DNA from: an uncultured Phycisphaeraceae bacterium
GTDB lineage: Bacteria; Planctomycetota; Phycisphaerae; Phycisphaerales; UBA1924
Assembly (NCBI GenBank): GCA_964611125.1
Contig: CAZSZO010000006.1
Location: 1-64,000 of the forward strand
Reading direction: 5' to 3'
Length of the DNA stretch: 64,000 bases
Part shown: one piece after another, positions 37,744 through 47,404 of the stretch
Layout of the letters: each line of letters begins with the position of its first letter
How positions within the stretch are numbered: the stretch's first letter is position 1
Translations under genes and position numbers: made by a program
The notes under the pieces: generated by a model
Database searches by the model: none
Told to the model about the DNA's origin: nothing
Seen by the model: the letters and a program-made list of their open reading frames with translations, nothing else

Positions 37744-39651
37744 TCAGCGGCAGCCGGCGAAGTAGTCGCCGATGTAGTCGGAGAGGTCGTCGGGGTCGGA
37801 AACGCCGTCACCGTTGTAGTCGGCCCGGGTGCACTGCGAGAAGTAGCAGCCGATGTAGTCGGACAAGTCGTCGGGGTCGAGGTTGCCGTCGCTGTTGAAA
37901 TCGGCGCCGCAGGGCGGCGCGGACCGCAGGCGGTAGGCGCCGTTCTGGTTGAGCTGGGTGGGCTGGAAGGGTGGCGGGAAGTAGCGGGCCTGGAAGGCAT
38001 TGGGCTCCACTGGGCCGGCGTTGACGTTCGAGAGGGCCACCAGCACGTCGGCCGCGGGACCGTCGGTGACGGCGACCACGGAGATCCAGTAGGTCCCGGG
38101 GAGGAGGTTCCGCGTGCCGGTGAAGCCCAGGCCCGTGCCCAGGTCGAAGGCGACCAGGTCGAAGCCCGGGTAGCGCTGGTCGCTGTAGAACGGCCGACCG
38201 CAACTGGGCCCGGCGAACTCCTCGAAATAAAGCGTGCCGGTGGGGACGTTCGCGGCGTCCTGGGCGGTGGGGTAGATGTTCACACGCCAGCGGATCGGGG
38301 GGAGGGGGCCGGTGTTGCGGACCAGGGCCTCGACGCGTCCGAGGAGCGTGGGGAGGCTGATCCCCTGCGTGCCGTTGATCTCGAAGTCATCATCGCAGGC
38401 GAAGGAGGCGTCGGCGAGCAGGCAGCCCTGGCAGTCGGTGGACTGCGAGATGGTCTGCCCGGTCTGGGCGCCGGGGTCGATCTGGTCGAAGAGGACCTCC
38501 CCCCGCGGGGTGCACAGGGGCGTGGGGCCGTTCGGGCAGGCGTTGTGCTCGGGGAAGGGAACGAAGCGGAGGGTGCGGGCCCCGGCGCCGAGCGAGGGGC
38601 CGGGGACCTGGAGGGCCTGGCTGCCGGCGGGGTTCTCGATGCCGACGGTGACCCCGGTCCCGACCGGAGCGACGATGGAGGCGTAGCGGCACTCGATGGC
38701 GCCGCCTTCGAACAGGACGATCTGGAATGTGTTGGAGTCATTGCCTTCGAAGCGGGGCACGGCGGTCCACTGGATGATCAGGCGGAGGTTGGCGCCGGGC
38801 TGGCCCCGGAGCTGGGCGTGGATGGTCCCCTGGAAGCTGACGTCGAGGTCGGTCCAGTAGGCGTAGATCGCCCCGTTGGGCTGGGCCGCGGTGGGGAGGA
38901 CGGGGTCGTTGATCGGCGATGCGATCGGGCCCCCGAAGTTCACAAAGCCGTTGGTGGAGACGTTGACGGTGTTGAACGAGCCGCTATAGAACGCGAATGG
39001 GAAGCCGATGGGAATGGTCGTGCTGCCGTCGTCGCGATCGGGAATGAACTGCGGGTTGAGCAGCAGACCGGTGGGGGCGATGTTCTCAAAGTTCTGCGGC
39101 TGGGTGAGCACGCTGTACCCGGCGGGTGAGAAGCACGCCACGCCGTTGCCCAGATAGACGCCGCCCAGGGACTGGCAGTCGGATGGGGTGAGCTGCTGGC
39201 AGCCGCCGCCGATGCCCGAGAGGCAGCAGGCGCCGACGCCGGAGACGACCGTCAGGGTGATCTCGCCGGGGGAGACGCGGCCTTGCGCATCGCGCACCAG
39301 GAAGGGCAGGATCGCCGGCCCGGTGGGGGCGCTGGTGGGCATGGTGATGCGGGCGGAAAAGATGAGGTCTCCGGCGACGGCATCGGGGGGGAGCCCATTG
39401 TCGACGAGCACCACGGGGCCGATGGTCAGGCTTGCGGCGTCAACCGTCACGGCGAGGCCCGTGCTCAGCGGACCCTGCCCGGGGGTCACGACCACCCGCA
39501 GAACGGTGGTATCGACCCCGTCGTTGGCGACCGTGGCGGGTGAGGCCATGCCGACGCCCGTGGGCGGCGTCGCGAGAGCGCTGCTGACGAAGCGAGCGGG
39601 GGCGAAGGTGAGCACGATCAGAGCGAGCACAGCCAGGCGAATCGAGGTCAT
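37744..39651 (-). CDS. Secreted hypothetical protein with the C-terminal double dockerin-like Cys module
   Basis: Start MTSIRLAVLALIVLTFAPARFVSSALA gives a signal peptide, with GGAG upstream. The body is Cys-containing and beta-rich with no recognisable catalytic motif. The C-terminal tail is CGADFNSDGNLDPDDLSDYIGCYFSQCTRADYNGDGVSDPDDLSDYIGDYFAGCR. Confidence 0.6.
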   Translation of the reverse strand: MTSIRLAVLALIVLTFAPARFVSSALATPPTGVGMASPATVANDGVDTTVLRVVVTPGQGPLSTGLAVTVDAASLTIGPVVLVDNGLPPDAVAGDLIFSARITMPTSAPTGPAILPFLVRDAQGRVSPGEITLTVVSGVGACCLSGIGGGCQQLTPSDCQSLGGVYLGNGVACFSPAGYSVLTQPQNFENIAPTGLLLNPQFIPDRDDGSTTIPIGFPFAFYSGSFNTVNVSTNGFVNFGGPIASPINDPVLPTAAQPNGAIYAYWTDLDVSFQGTIHAQLRGQPGANLRLIIQWTAVPRFEGNDSNTFQIVLFEGGAIECRYASIVAPVGTGVTVGIENPAGSQALQVPGPSLGAGARTLRFVPFPEHNACPNGPTPLCTPRGEVLFDQIDPGAQTGQTISQSTDCQGCLLADASFACDDDFEINGTQGISLPTLLGRVEALVRNTGPLPPIRWRVNIYPTAQDAANVPTGTLYFEEFAGPSCGRPFYSDQRYPGFDLVAFDLGTGLGFTGTRNLLPGTYWISVVAVTDGPAADVLVALSNVNAGPVEPNAFQARYFPPPFQPTQLNQNGAYRLRSAPPCGADFNSDGNLDPDDLSDYIGCYFSQCTRADYNGDGVSDPDDLSDYIGDYFAGCR

Positions 39652-40002
39652 GACAAGGCTCCAGCGGGGGACCCATCTCCCAGCGCGGGGGTCCAAACGG
39701 GAAACGAACAGGGTGAACCAATGCTGAACGGCCTCGTTCGCGGAGGGGGAACCGTTCACTGTACCTCAGCGCGGGCGGATGCACCAGTCTAATTGGGGGA
39801 GGAGGGTGAGGATTGAACTTCGAGACCACCCCCCGCCGCCCGTGCCACCGACCGTGGCTTGGCACGGTCGGTGCTCCCGGCCTGTTGACGGCGCGCCAAG
39901 AGCACCGACCGCCCTCCGGCGGTCGGTGGCGCGGCGGTACGGGTGGCCGGCTGGAACGGGTGGCACAGCCGGTTCGGCATCGTGGTTCCGTACACTCCGG
40001 CC

Positions 40003-41244
40003 ATGGCATACTCGTTTCAGCAGGCGGTGCTTCCCAACGGGCTGACGGTGATCGGCGAGTGCGATCCCGCCGCGCTGACCTCGGCGTGCGGGTTCTTCGT
40101 GCGGACGGGCGCGCGGGACGAGGCGCCCGGGCTGATGGGGGTGAGCCACTTCCTTGAGCACATGATGTTCAAGGGCACGGCCAAGCGCTCGAGCGACGAT
40201 GTGAACCGGGAGTTCGACGAGCTCGGGGCGCGGAGCAACGCGTACACCAGCAACGAGATGACGGCCTTCTACGCCGCGGTGCTGCCTGAGCACCTGCCCA
40301 AGGCGATGGACATCCTTTCGGACATGATGCGGCCGGCCCTGCGCGAGGAGGACTTCACGACCGAGAAGGGCGTGATCCTCGAGGAGATCGCGATGTACGC
40401 CGACGACCCGGTGTGGGTGCTCTACGAGCGGTGCGTGGATGAGCACTACGCGGGGCATGGGCTCGCGCACCGGGTGCTGGGCACGCCCGAGACGATCACC
40501 GCGATGCAGGCGGGGCAGATGCGCGGGTACTTTGGCGATCGCTACTCGGCCGACAACACGGTGCTGGCGGTCGCGGGGGCGGTGGACTTTGACGCGACGT
40601 GCAGGCTCGCCGAGCGGTTGTGCGGCTCGTGGGAGCGGACGCGGGCCGGGCGCAGCGCGCCGCCGGCCCGCCCGGGCGGCAAGGGCTTCGAGATCAAGAG
40701 CGACAAGGTCGCCCGCGCGTACGCGATGATGTTCGCCCCCGGGCCGGGCTCGTCGGACCCCGACCGCTACGCGGCGTTCGTGATGGCCCAGGCCCTGGGC
40801 GGGCCCGACAACAGCCGCCTGCACTGGGCCCTGATCGAGCCGGGCATCGCCGAGGAGGCCGACGCCGGCTACGACCCCCACGACGGGATCGGGGACTTCC
40901 GCATCCTGGTCGCGGCGGAGACGGAGCGCCTGGACGAGGCCTGGAGCATCGTGGAGCGCGAAGTGGCGGCCCTGGCCGACACGATCACGCCGCAGGATGT
41001 CGAGCGGATCGCCGCCAAGGTGGCCACGGGGGTCACCCTCGCCGGCGAGCGTCCTGAGGGGCGGATGCACCGGCTCGGCCGGCAGTGGACGTACTTGCGC
41101 GAGTACTCGACGCTCGAGCAGGAGCTGGAGCGGATCAACGCCGTGACGGTCGAGCACGTGCGCGGCCTGCTGGCCAAGTGGCCCTGGCGCCCGCGAACCG
41201 TGGGCCGCCTGCTGCCGGGCGAGGGCGCGGCCGCGGCGACCTGA
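40003..41244 (+). CDS. M16-family zinc peptidase (pitrilysin/insulinase-like)
   Basis: The inverted zinc motif HFLEHMMFKGT (HxxEH) is followed by E...E in NREFDELGARSNAYTSNE. Start MAYSFQQAVLPNGLTVIG. The length is 413 aa. Confidence 0.75.
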   Translation: MAYSFQQAVLPNGLTVIGECDPAALTSACGFFVRTGARDEAPGLMGVSHFLEHMMFKGTAKRSSDDVNREFDELGARSNAYTSNEMTAFYAAVLPEHLPKAMDILSDMMRPALREEDFTTEKGVILEEIAMYADDPVWVLYERCVDEHYAGHGLAHRVLGTPETITAMQAGQMRGYFGDRYSADNTVLAVAGAVDFDATCRLAERLCGSWERTRAGRSAPPARPGGKGFEIKSDKVARAYAMMFAPGPGSSDPDRYAAFVMAQALGGPDNSRLHWALIEPGIAEEADAGYDPHDGIGDFRILVAAETERLDEAWSIVEREVAALADTITPQDVERIAAKVATGVTLAGERPEGRMHRLGRQWTYLREYSTLEQELERINAVTVEHVRGLLAKWPWRPRTVGRLLPGEGAAAAT

Positions 41245-41270
41245 GAGTTTCGCAGGCCCGCGCGGCGCGG

Positions 41271-42626
41271 TTACGCGAACCCGACCGACGCGTAGAGCGC
41301 CTGGGCGGGAGCGTTGCCGTGCGTCACGGCCAGGTGCACGGCGTGGTGGCCCTGCTCGCGCAGGCGGCGCATCGCGCGCAGCAGCCCGGCCCGGCCCAGC
41401 CCCCGCCGCCGCCACGCCGGGTGGGTCATCGAGAACGCCACCATCGGTAGGCCGTCAAAGTGCGTGATGAGCGTCGCGGCGACCACGGCGTCGCCCTTCC
41501 TGATCAGCTCTGACGCGTACCCGTCGAAGGGGCCGTAGGCGCCAGCGAGGACGCGCGCGACCTCGGCGCGGGCGTCGTCGAGGGTTTCGCCTTCGTCATC
41601 GATGGTGCCGCGGTAGGCGTCGATCATGAGCTGCGCCAGCGCGGGGGCGTCATCGGCGGTGACGGGGCACGCTCCAAGGTCGTCTGGCGGTGGGGGCCGC
41701 TGGCCGGGTGGGAGCGGTTCGCGATCAAGTCGGGCGACCAGGCGCGGGCGGCGGCGGACCTGGGCGGGGCCGATGAGGGCCGCCATCCGGCCTGTGCGGC
41801 CGAGGTCGCGCCGGTGGGAGAAGAACAGCTCGCCGCCCGCAGCGGTGCAGTGCGGCAGCACCTCCACCTCGCTGACCCCGGCGCGGAGCAACTGGAGCCG
41901 CAGGGCGGCCTTGAGGTCGACGCGGCCCTTGCCGTGGGCTGAGGCCGGGTCAATCCACCAGACCGGCTCGCCGGGAAAGGCGCGGGCGAAGTGCTCGAGC
42001 ACCTCGGGGCCGACTTCAAAGTGCTCGGGGCCGATGCAGGGGCCGATGGCGGCGACAAGCCCGAGATCGAGGGGGTTGAACTCGCCGGGATTCTCCCGGG
42101 CGAGGGCGGTGAGCGCGCTGACGGCGCTGGCGACAACATCGGCGATGACGCCCCGCCACCCGGCGTGCACCGCCGCGACGAGCTTGCCGTCGGCCGAGGC
42201 GATGAGCACCGGCGCGCAGTCGGCGACGCGGATGAGCAGGATGCGGGCGGGGTCATCGGTGATGAGCGCGTCGGCCCGGGGGTCGGGAGTGGGGCCGGGT
42301 GTGGGTTGCGGGGTGCTCGGGTCCTGTCGGCGGACGGTGTGCGCTTCGGCGCCGTGCACCTGGTGCACCTGCACCACTTCGCGGCCTGGGCAGGCGAGGG
42401 CGTCGAGGGTGCGGGCGATGTTGCGGGCGATGTTGGCCGGGGGGTCGCGATCGGGCGCGGGGAGGTCGCCCGGGTTGCCGAAGTTCAGCGACGCGAAGAG
42501 CCCGCTGGAAGTCCCGCCCTGCCGCGTGGTGAACGCGTGCGGAACCCCCACCCGCGCCAGCACGCGGGAGCGGAGCAGCCCTGGCGGAGCGGGCGGGGGG
42601 CCAGGCGCAGGTCCGGGGGCGGTCAC
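41271..42626 (-). CDS. Fusion of a PgeF/YfiH-family (DUF152, LACC1-like) domain with a C-terminal GNAT-like acetyltransferase domain
   Basis: The N-terminal half contains HAGWRG and IRVADCAPVLI, typical of YfiH/PgeF. The C-terminal part (...AVHLAVTHGNAPAQALYASVGF) resembles the GNAT core. Confidence 0.65.
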   Translation of the reverse strand: MTAPGPAPGPPPAPPGLLRSRVLARVGVPHAFTTRQGGTSSGLFASLNFGNPGDLPAPDRDPPANIARNIARTLDALACPGREVVQVHQVHGAEAHTVRRQDPSTPQPTPGPTPDPRADALITDDPARILLIRVADCAPVLIASADGKLVAAVHAGWRGVIADVVASAVSALTALARENPGEFNPLDLGLVAAIGPCIGPEHFEVGPEVLEHFARAFPGEPVWWIDPASAHGKGRVDLKAALRLQLLRAGVSEVEVLPHCTAAGGELFFSHRRDLGRTGRMAALIGPAQVRRRPRLVARLDREPLPPGQRPPPPDDLGACPVTADDAPALAQLMIDAYRGTIDDEGETLDDARAEVARVLAGAYGPFDGYASELIRKGDAVVAATLITHFDGLPMVAFSMTHPAWRRRGLGRAGLLRAMRRLREQGHHAVHLAVTHGNAPAQALYASVGFA

Positions 42627-43948
42627 TTGGTGCTCGAGAGGGCTTTGTCGATCGCGCCGGCGACGGCGTCGAGGCTGGGCTGATCGCCGGAGGTGGCGAC
42701 GTGCACAGCCCGCCCATCGGGGCCGATGACGATGATCGTGGGCAGGTCGAGCACGCCCAGGCGACGCGCGACGCTGTCGGCGTCGAGCAGGACGGTGGCG
42801 GGCAGGCCGAGGGGGGCGAAGACGGCCTCGGCGTCGCCGTGCTCGTAGGTCGAGAGGGCCCAGGTGGTGATGTCGCGGTCCTTGAACCGCTCAAGAATGG
42901 GGCGGAGCCCCTTGAGCATGGCGACGCTGGGCTTTGACCAACTGGCCCAGAAGGCGAGCACGATGGTGCGGCCGCGGGCGTCGGAGAGCCGGCGCTGCTG
43001 ACCGGTGGGCGTGGCGAGGGAGAAATCGGGCGTGAGGGCGCCGACGGGCAGGAGCCCGCGCCCGCGCAGCGGCGTGCGGGCGGCGACCGGCGCGGGGGCG
43101 TACTCGATGCTCTGGTAGCCGACGGGGAGGGTCTTTTTGAACTCGTTGCGGTCGATCTCGCCGCCGGCCCGCACGCCGGCGAGCACGAGCGACACGATCC
43201 CCGCGCCAGAGGGAGTCTGCAGCAGGCGATCGATGCGGCGGGGCAGGTGGTCGGTCTGGGCGATGAACCACCAGGAGTCGGTCTCGATGGTGTCGATGGC
43301 GCTGGCGTCGAAGCGGATGACGTCGCACTGCACGCCGTCGACCAGGCGGCGGCCCTCCCACGAGAGCGTGACGGGGCCGGGCTCGAGGGCCGGGCGGGCG
43401 GCCATCTCCGGCCAGGCGACCAGCCACCACGCCAGGAAGCGGCCGCCGTCATCGAGCAGGCCCTCGGTGTCGGCGGGGAAGCCCTGCTTGAGCTCCAGGC
43501 GGTCGGACCGGGTCGACCAGACCTCCTCATCGTCGCCGACGATGCGGAACTCCGACCCTTCCATGGCGCCGGGCCAGTTGATGGCCCCGCCGATGGCCAG
43601 CGTCCACTCGTTGGGCTTCCCCGGGAGCGGGTTGCGGATGACCGCCCGCCCGCGCACCGACGGCTCCACCGCCACCGCGGCGCCGAAGGGCTGAGACTCG
43701 GCCACATAGACCAGCGACGGAGCGGCCCGCAGGGCTTCGTCAGCCCGCCGGATGACCTCGGCGGGGTCGGGCTTCAGGGCCGGAGCGGCGGCCGCCGGGG
43801 CCTGCGGGCGGGCGGATGGCGCCGCATCCTGGGGCCGGGCAGGCGTGGTGGGTGTGGCGGTGGTGGTGGGGGAGGGGGCCGGGGCGGGCGCGAGGAGCGC
43901 AAGCAGGCCGGCGACGAACGTGGCGGTGATCACACCGAATGCTATCAA
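42623..43948 (-). CDS. Membrane-anchored thioredoxin-fold (TlpA/redoxin-like) protein with a degenerate SxxS active site
   Basis: N-terminal TM MIAFGVITATFVAGLLALLAP and a Pro/Ala/Thr-rich linker. The C-terminal redoxin-like domain has IVLAFWASWSKPS where redoxins have WCxxC. It was chosen over the overlapping 484-aa frame, which is low-complexity. Confidence 0.55.
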   Translation of the reverse strand: MIAFGVITATFVAGLLALLAPAPAPSPTTTATPTTPARPQDAAPSARPQAPAAAAPALKPDPAEVIRRADEALRAAPSLVYVAESQPFGAAVAVEPSVRGRAVIRNPLPGKPNEWTLAIGGAINWPGAMEGSEFRIVGDDEEVWSTRSDRLELKQGFPADTEGLLDDGGRFLAWWLVAWPEMAARPALEPGPVTLSWEGRRLVDGVQCDVIRFDASAIDTIETDSWWFIAQTDHLPRRIDRLLQTPSGAGIVSLVLAGVRAGGEIDRNEFKKTLPVGYQSIEYAPAPVAARTPLRGRGLLPVGALTPDFSLATPTGQQRRLSDARGRTIVLAFWASWSKPSVAMLKGLRPILERFKDRDITTWALSTYEHGDAEAVFAPLGLPATVLLDADSVARRLGVLDLPTIIVIGPDGRAVHVATSGDQPSLDAVAGAIDKALSSTK

Positions 43949-43993
43949 GGCAGGCGAAGGAATCGATCACCTCCTGCCAATCTGGCGCCGGCG

Positions 43994-45241
43994 TCAGTCA
44001 GCACATCGCTCGAAGTACGCGACGATGAAGTCGCTGAGGTCATCGGGATCGATGACTCCGTCGTGATTGAAATCGATCCGGGCGCTCTCGCCCGGCGAGA
44101 AATAGGCGTCGACGAAGTCGGCCAGGTCATCGGGGTTCAGGACCCCGTCGAGGTTGAAGTCGGCCGGGCAGTCTGCGGCGCGCACGGCGGCCTGCGCCGC
44201 GTCGCGGAGCAGGTACAGCAGCGGCTGGACGTTGCCGGAGGCCGAAAGGTCGGTGGCGAAGACACCCACAAGGCGGTCGTCGAAATCGATCCACGAACTG
44301 AAGCCGCGGGCCCCCGCGGCGATGGCCCCGAGCAGCTCACCGTTCGGCCCCCGCTGGTCGAGCCATATGCCCACGCCGTAATCGGCGTTCTCGCTGAGGA
44401 TCGGGCTGTTGTTGACGGGGATGTTGGTCGCGGTCTGGCGGGTGAGCAGTGTGCGCACGGCGGCCTCGGAGAGAACGCGGGTTCCTTGGTGCACGCCGCC
44501 ACGGCGCAGCATCTCCATGAATCGGCCGAACTCATCGCCGGTGCTCTCGGCGCCCCCGGCGATGCGGGGGTTCTGGGGACTGGAGAGGGTGTATCGGGTC
44601 TGAGTGAAGCCCAGCGGGCCGGCGATGCGCTGCTGGAACATCGTGTTCCACGGGGCCCCCCCGGCGACCTCCGCCGCGGCGCCCGCGGCGTGCATGGAGA
44701 CCCCGCCGTAGGAGAACACCATTCCGGGGGAGAAACGGAGCGGCGCCTGGGCGATCTGCGCAGCGGCCTGGCGCAGCGTGATCGATTCGTCGCCCACGGC
44801 GGTCGAGTTGCCGAACATCCCGGCGGTGTGCGAGAAGCACTGAGCGATGGTGATGACCGACTTGGCCCCCGTGTACTCAGGGAGATACTGGCTCAGGCGG
44901 GTCTGAAGCGTGAAGGGGTTGGGGCTGGAGTCGACCAGCGACATGATCAGGGCGCCGGAGAGGGTCTTGGTCGCCGAGTCGGCGTTGGCGAGACGGCCGG
45001 TCGACCAGGCGCCGAACGAGCGGTGGTAGACCTCGACGCCGTCGCGCAGCAGGATGAGCTCGAAGCCGGGAACGGGGGTGTCGACGTTCTGACCAATCAC
45101 GGCGCCCTCCGCCAGCGCCGTCACGACTGAAAAGTCGGGCGTCGCCGATTGCGCGTGAACGCCGGCCGATGGGACCGCCGCACCAGCAGAGGCGACGAGG
45201 GCGAACACGCGGACTCCGCTCGGGAGGGACGGGCGCGGCAT
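43994..45241 (-). CDS. Beta-lactamase-family serine hydrolase (class C / PBP-like) with the C-terminal double dockerin-like Cys module
   Basis: Signal peptide MPRPSLPSGVRVFALVASAGAAVPSAGVHA, then SATK (SxxK) in ADSATKTLSGA. The C-terminal tail is DCPADFNLDGVLNPDDLADFVDAYFSPGESARIDFNHDGVIDPDDLSDFIVAYFERCAD. Confidence 0.7.
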   Translation of the reverse strand: MPRPSLPSGVRVFALVASAGAAVPSAGVHAQSATPDFSVVTALAEGAVIGQNVDTPVPGFELILLRDGVEVYHRSFGAWSTGRLANADSATKTLSGALIMSLVDSSPNPFTLQTRLSQYLPEYTGAKSVITIAQCFSHTAGMFGNSTAVGDESITLRQAAAQIAQAPLRFSPGMVFSYGGVSMHAAGAAAEVAGGAPWNTMFQQRIAGPLGFTQTRYTLSSPQNPRIAGGAESTGDEFGRFMEMLRRGGVHQGTRVLSEAAVRTLLTRQTATNIPVNNSPILSENADYGVGIWLDQRGPNGELLGAIAAGARGFSSWIDFDDRLVGVFATDLSASGNVQPLLYLLRDAAQAAVRAADCPADFNLDGVLNPDDLADFVDAYFSPGESARIDFNHDGVIDPDDLSDFIVAYFERCAD

Positions 45242-45455
45242 GGGGCGTCTCCGGTCGATTTGGGGAGGGGGCTGGGCGAAGCGAAGGCAACCAGCGGGAA
45301 CGGCCCAGACTCAACGACGGGCTGGCGGCGATATTGCCGGCGCCGATGGAAAACTCGGCCGGATGGGCCCGCGAAGCTGGTCGAGCGACAACGCCCGGCC
45401 GGGGCCGGGCGCTGGTCGCGCGCGAGATCGTGCGGGGGTTGTGGCGTTGGCCAGG

Positions 45456-47305
45456 TCAGCAGGCCTGGCTGAAGAACGCCGTGATGAAATCGCTCAGGTC
45501 GTCGGGGTCCACGGCGTGGTCGCCGTTGAGGTCGGCCTGGGGGCAGGGCGGCGATGCGAAGTAGCACTCGATGTAGGTGGCCAGGTCGTCAGGGTCGATC
45601 CGGCCGCTGCTGTCGAAGTCGGCGAGGCAGACCGAGACGGCCCACGCCTCCTCGCCGCTGACGCCGGCCTCGGCGCCGAAGAGGACGAGGTTGCCGATGA
45701 AGCCGCCGCGGGCGAAGGTCTCGTTGAGCAGGCTGCCGGCGGCGCCGGGGGCGATATCGGTGAGCAGTCGGGCGGGGCGAGCCCCGTCGGTGACGTAGAG
45801 CTCGCGCCCGAATGCGGGGGTCTCGCCAGTGAAGAGGACACGATCGCCGACGGCGGTGACGCGCTGGATATTGGGGTCTGACGGGCCGGGATACAGATCG
45901 CTCAGTCGGAAGGCCTGATCGAGCCCGCCGTCATAGGACCAGAGCTCGAAGCCGGTCGATTCCTCGTACCGGGTGAAGACCGCCCGCGCGCCCAGCGCGG
46001 CGACTGTCGTCTGGGGCAATGAGCTGAACCCGTTGGGCCGGCGGATCGGGGAGAGCACGCTGCGGGTGGTGTCGCCCAGGAGCAGCAGCAGGCGGTCGTT
46101 GGTGAGGTCGCGCAGGAAGCAGGCTTCGCCGGAGGCCCCGGACCCGCCCGAGAGCCCCGTGCCGATCTGCCGGATGGCGCCGGTGGCCAGATCGACGGCC
46201 CGGAGGGTGTCGACGCTGGCGGAGGTGGAGCGCGAACGCAGGAAGAGATGGGTGCTCGTCGCGCCCAGGAACGCCGCGAGGGGCGGGAGGGAGGAAACCT
46301 GCGTGACGGTGTCGGCGGGGCCTTCGATGCGCAGGAGGTTGGCGGCCGAGATGCCCAGCTCGAGGAAGTACACAGCCGAGCCTGTGGCGAGGAACTGGCG
46401 ATCGGTGATGCCCGCGGCGTCGCGGAGCGAGCGTGTCCCGGCGGCGGTTCCGTCGGTGCGGTAGAGGCGGTAGTTGGACGTCGGGAAGCCAACAGCGGTG
46501 AAGTAGGCCACGCCGCCACGGCTTGCGAGCCCGCCGCGAAGGGTGAAGCCGCTCGTCCCCGTCACGAGCTGGGTCCCCGGGCCGGAGCCATCGGTGATGT
46601 AGAGGCCGGAGACGGCGGGATCGCCCAGCGAGCCTCCGAAGACGACGCGGCCGTCAGCGAGCTGGGCGAAGGCCGGGGCGCGGGAGGGCGTCGCCACCCG
46701 CACGGGCGAGATGACCGACGAGCCGGCGGGCGTGCCAGGGTTGTGCCCGCCGGGGTGCCGTCGGTGGCGAGTAGCGGGGCCGTGCAGGGGCCGCAACTGG
46801 TCAGCGAGATGAGCACCACGGCCCGGCCCTCATCGAGCGGGGCCAGATACGCGGCTCTGATGGCGCCGTTGACCGTCTGCAGCAGGTCGCGCTCGCCTGT
46901 GGCCAGATCGACCGACCAGAGCTGGTCGGCGCGGGAGGTCGAGCCGGAAACGACCAGCGCCCGACCGTTCACGACGCCGTACATCACCGGGGTGACGGTG
47001 GCGTCGGAGAGCACGGCGAGCAGGCGAGCGCCTGAGCCGTCCAGCCCGCTGGTGAAGAGCGCGAAATCCTCCAGGCCGACATTCGCCAGGAAGACGACGC
47101 CGTCGCCGCCAGCGAAGAAGTTCGTCGGCGCGGCCGACCGGGGAGCGCCCGCAGAGCCGCCGCCCGGGAAATCTCCGAGTCGGACGGGCATCTGGGCCGC
47201 CGCCGGGCGGCACGTGAGTGCGAGCAGGACCGAGAGCGCGGCGACCAAGATGCTGCCAGCGCGCCGGAGCGAACCGGCGCCACGGATGGGACGTTGGGCG
47301 AGCAT
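45456..47305 (-). pseudogene. ELWxxDGT-repeat beta-propeller-like secreted protein with the C-terminal double dockerin-like Cys module, split by an apparent frameshift near 46730-46800
   Basis: ORF 46562-47305 has signal peptide MLAQRP...ILVAALSVLLALTCRPAAAQ and the repeat ...LLATDGTPAGT. ORF 45456-46796 continues the same repeat family in another frame (GLYITDGSG, LYRTDGTAAGT, GFELWSYDGG, GRELYVTDGARPARLLTDIAPGAAGS). It ends with CLADFDSSGRIDPDDLATYIECYFASPPCPQADLNGDHAVDPDDLSDFITAFFSQAC. The frames switch in a G/C-rich run, so this could be an authentic pseudogene or a sequencing indel. Confidence 0.55.
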
Positions 47306-47404
47306 GACGGATCTCCTGCCCCGGCTCCCGGGCGAGATCCCGAAGAGCCGGCGGACAAGAAGGAGTCGTTGCTCGCCGCCCGCCTGTGAGCGGAGACCGG
47401 AATC

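Noticed and set aside
42253-43707. 484-aa minus-strand ORF overlapping the thioredoxin-fold gene in another frame
   Set aside because: Its translation is P/S/A/R low-complexity. The 441-aa frame (42623-43948) has a TM anchor and a redoxin-like block.
43247-45130. 627-aa plus-strand ORF
   Set aside because: It is antisense to the beta-lactamase-family hydrolase, with a Gly/Arg/Asp-rich nonsense translation.
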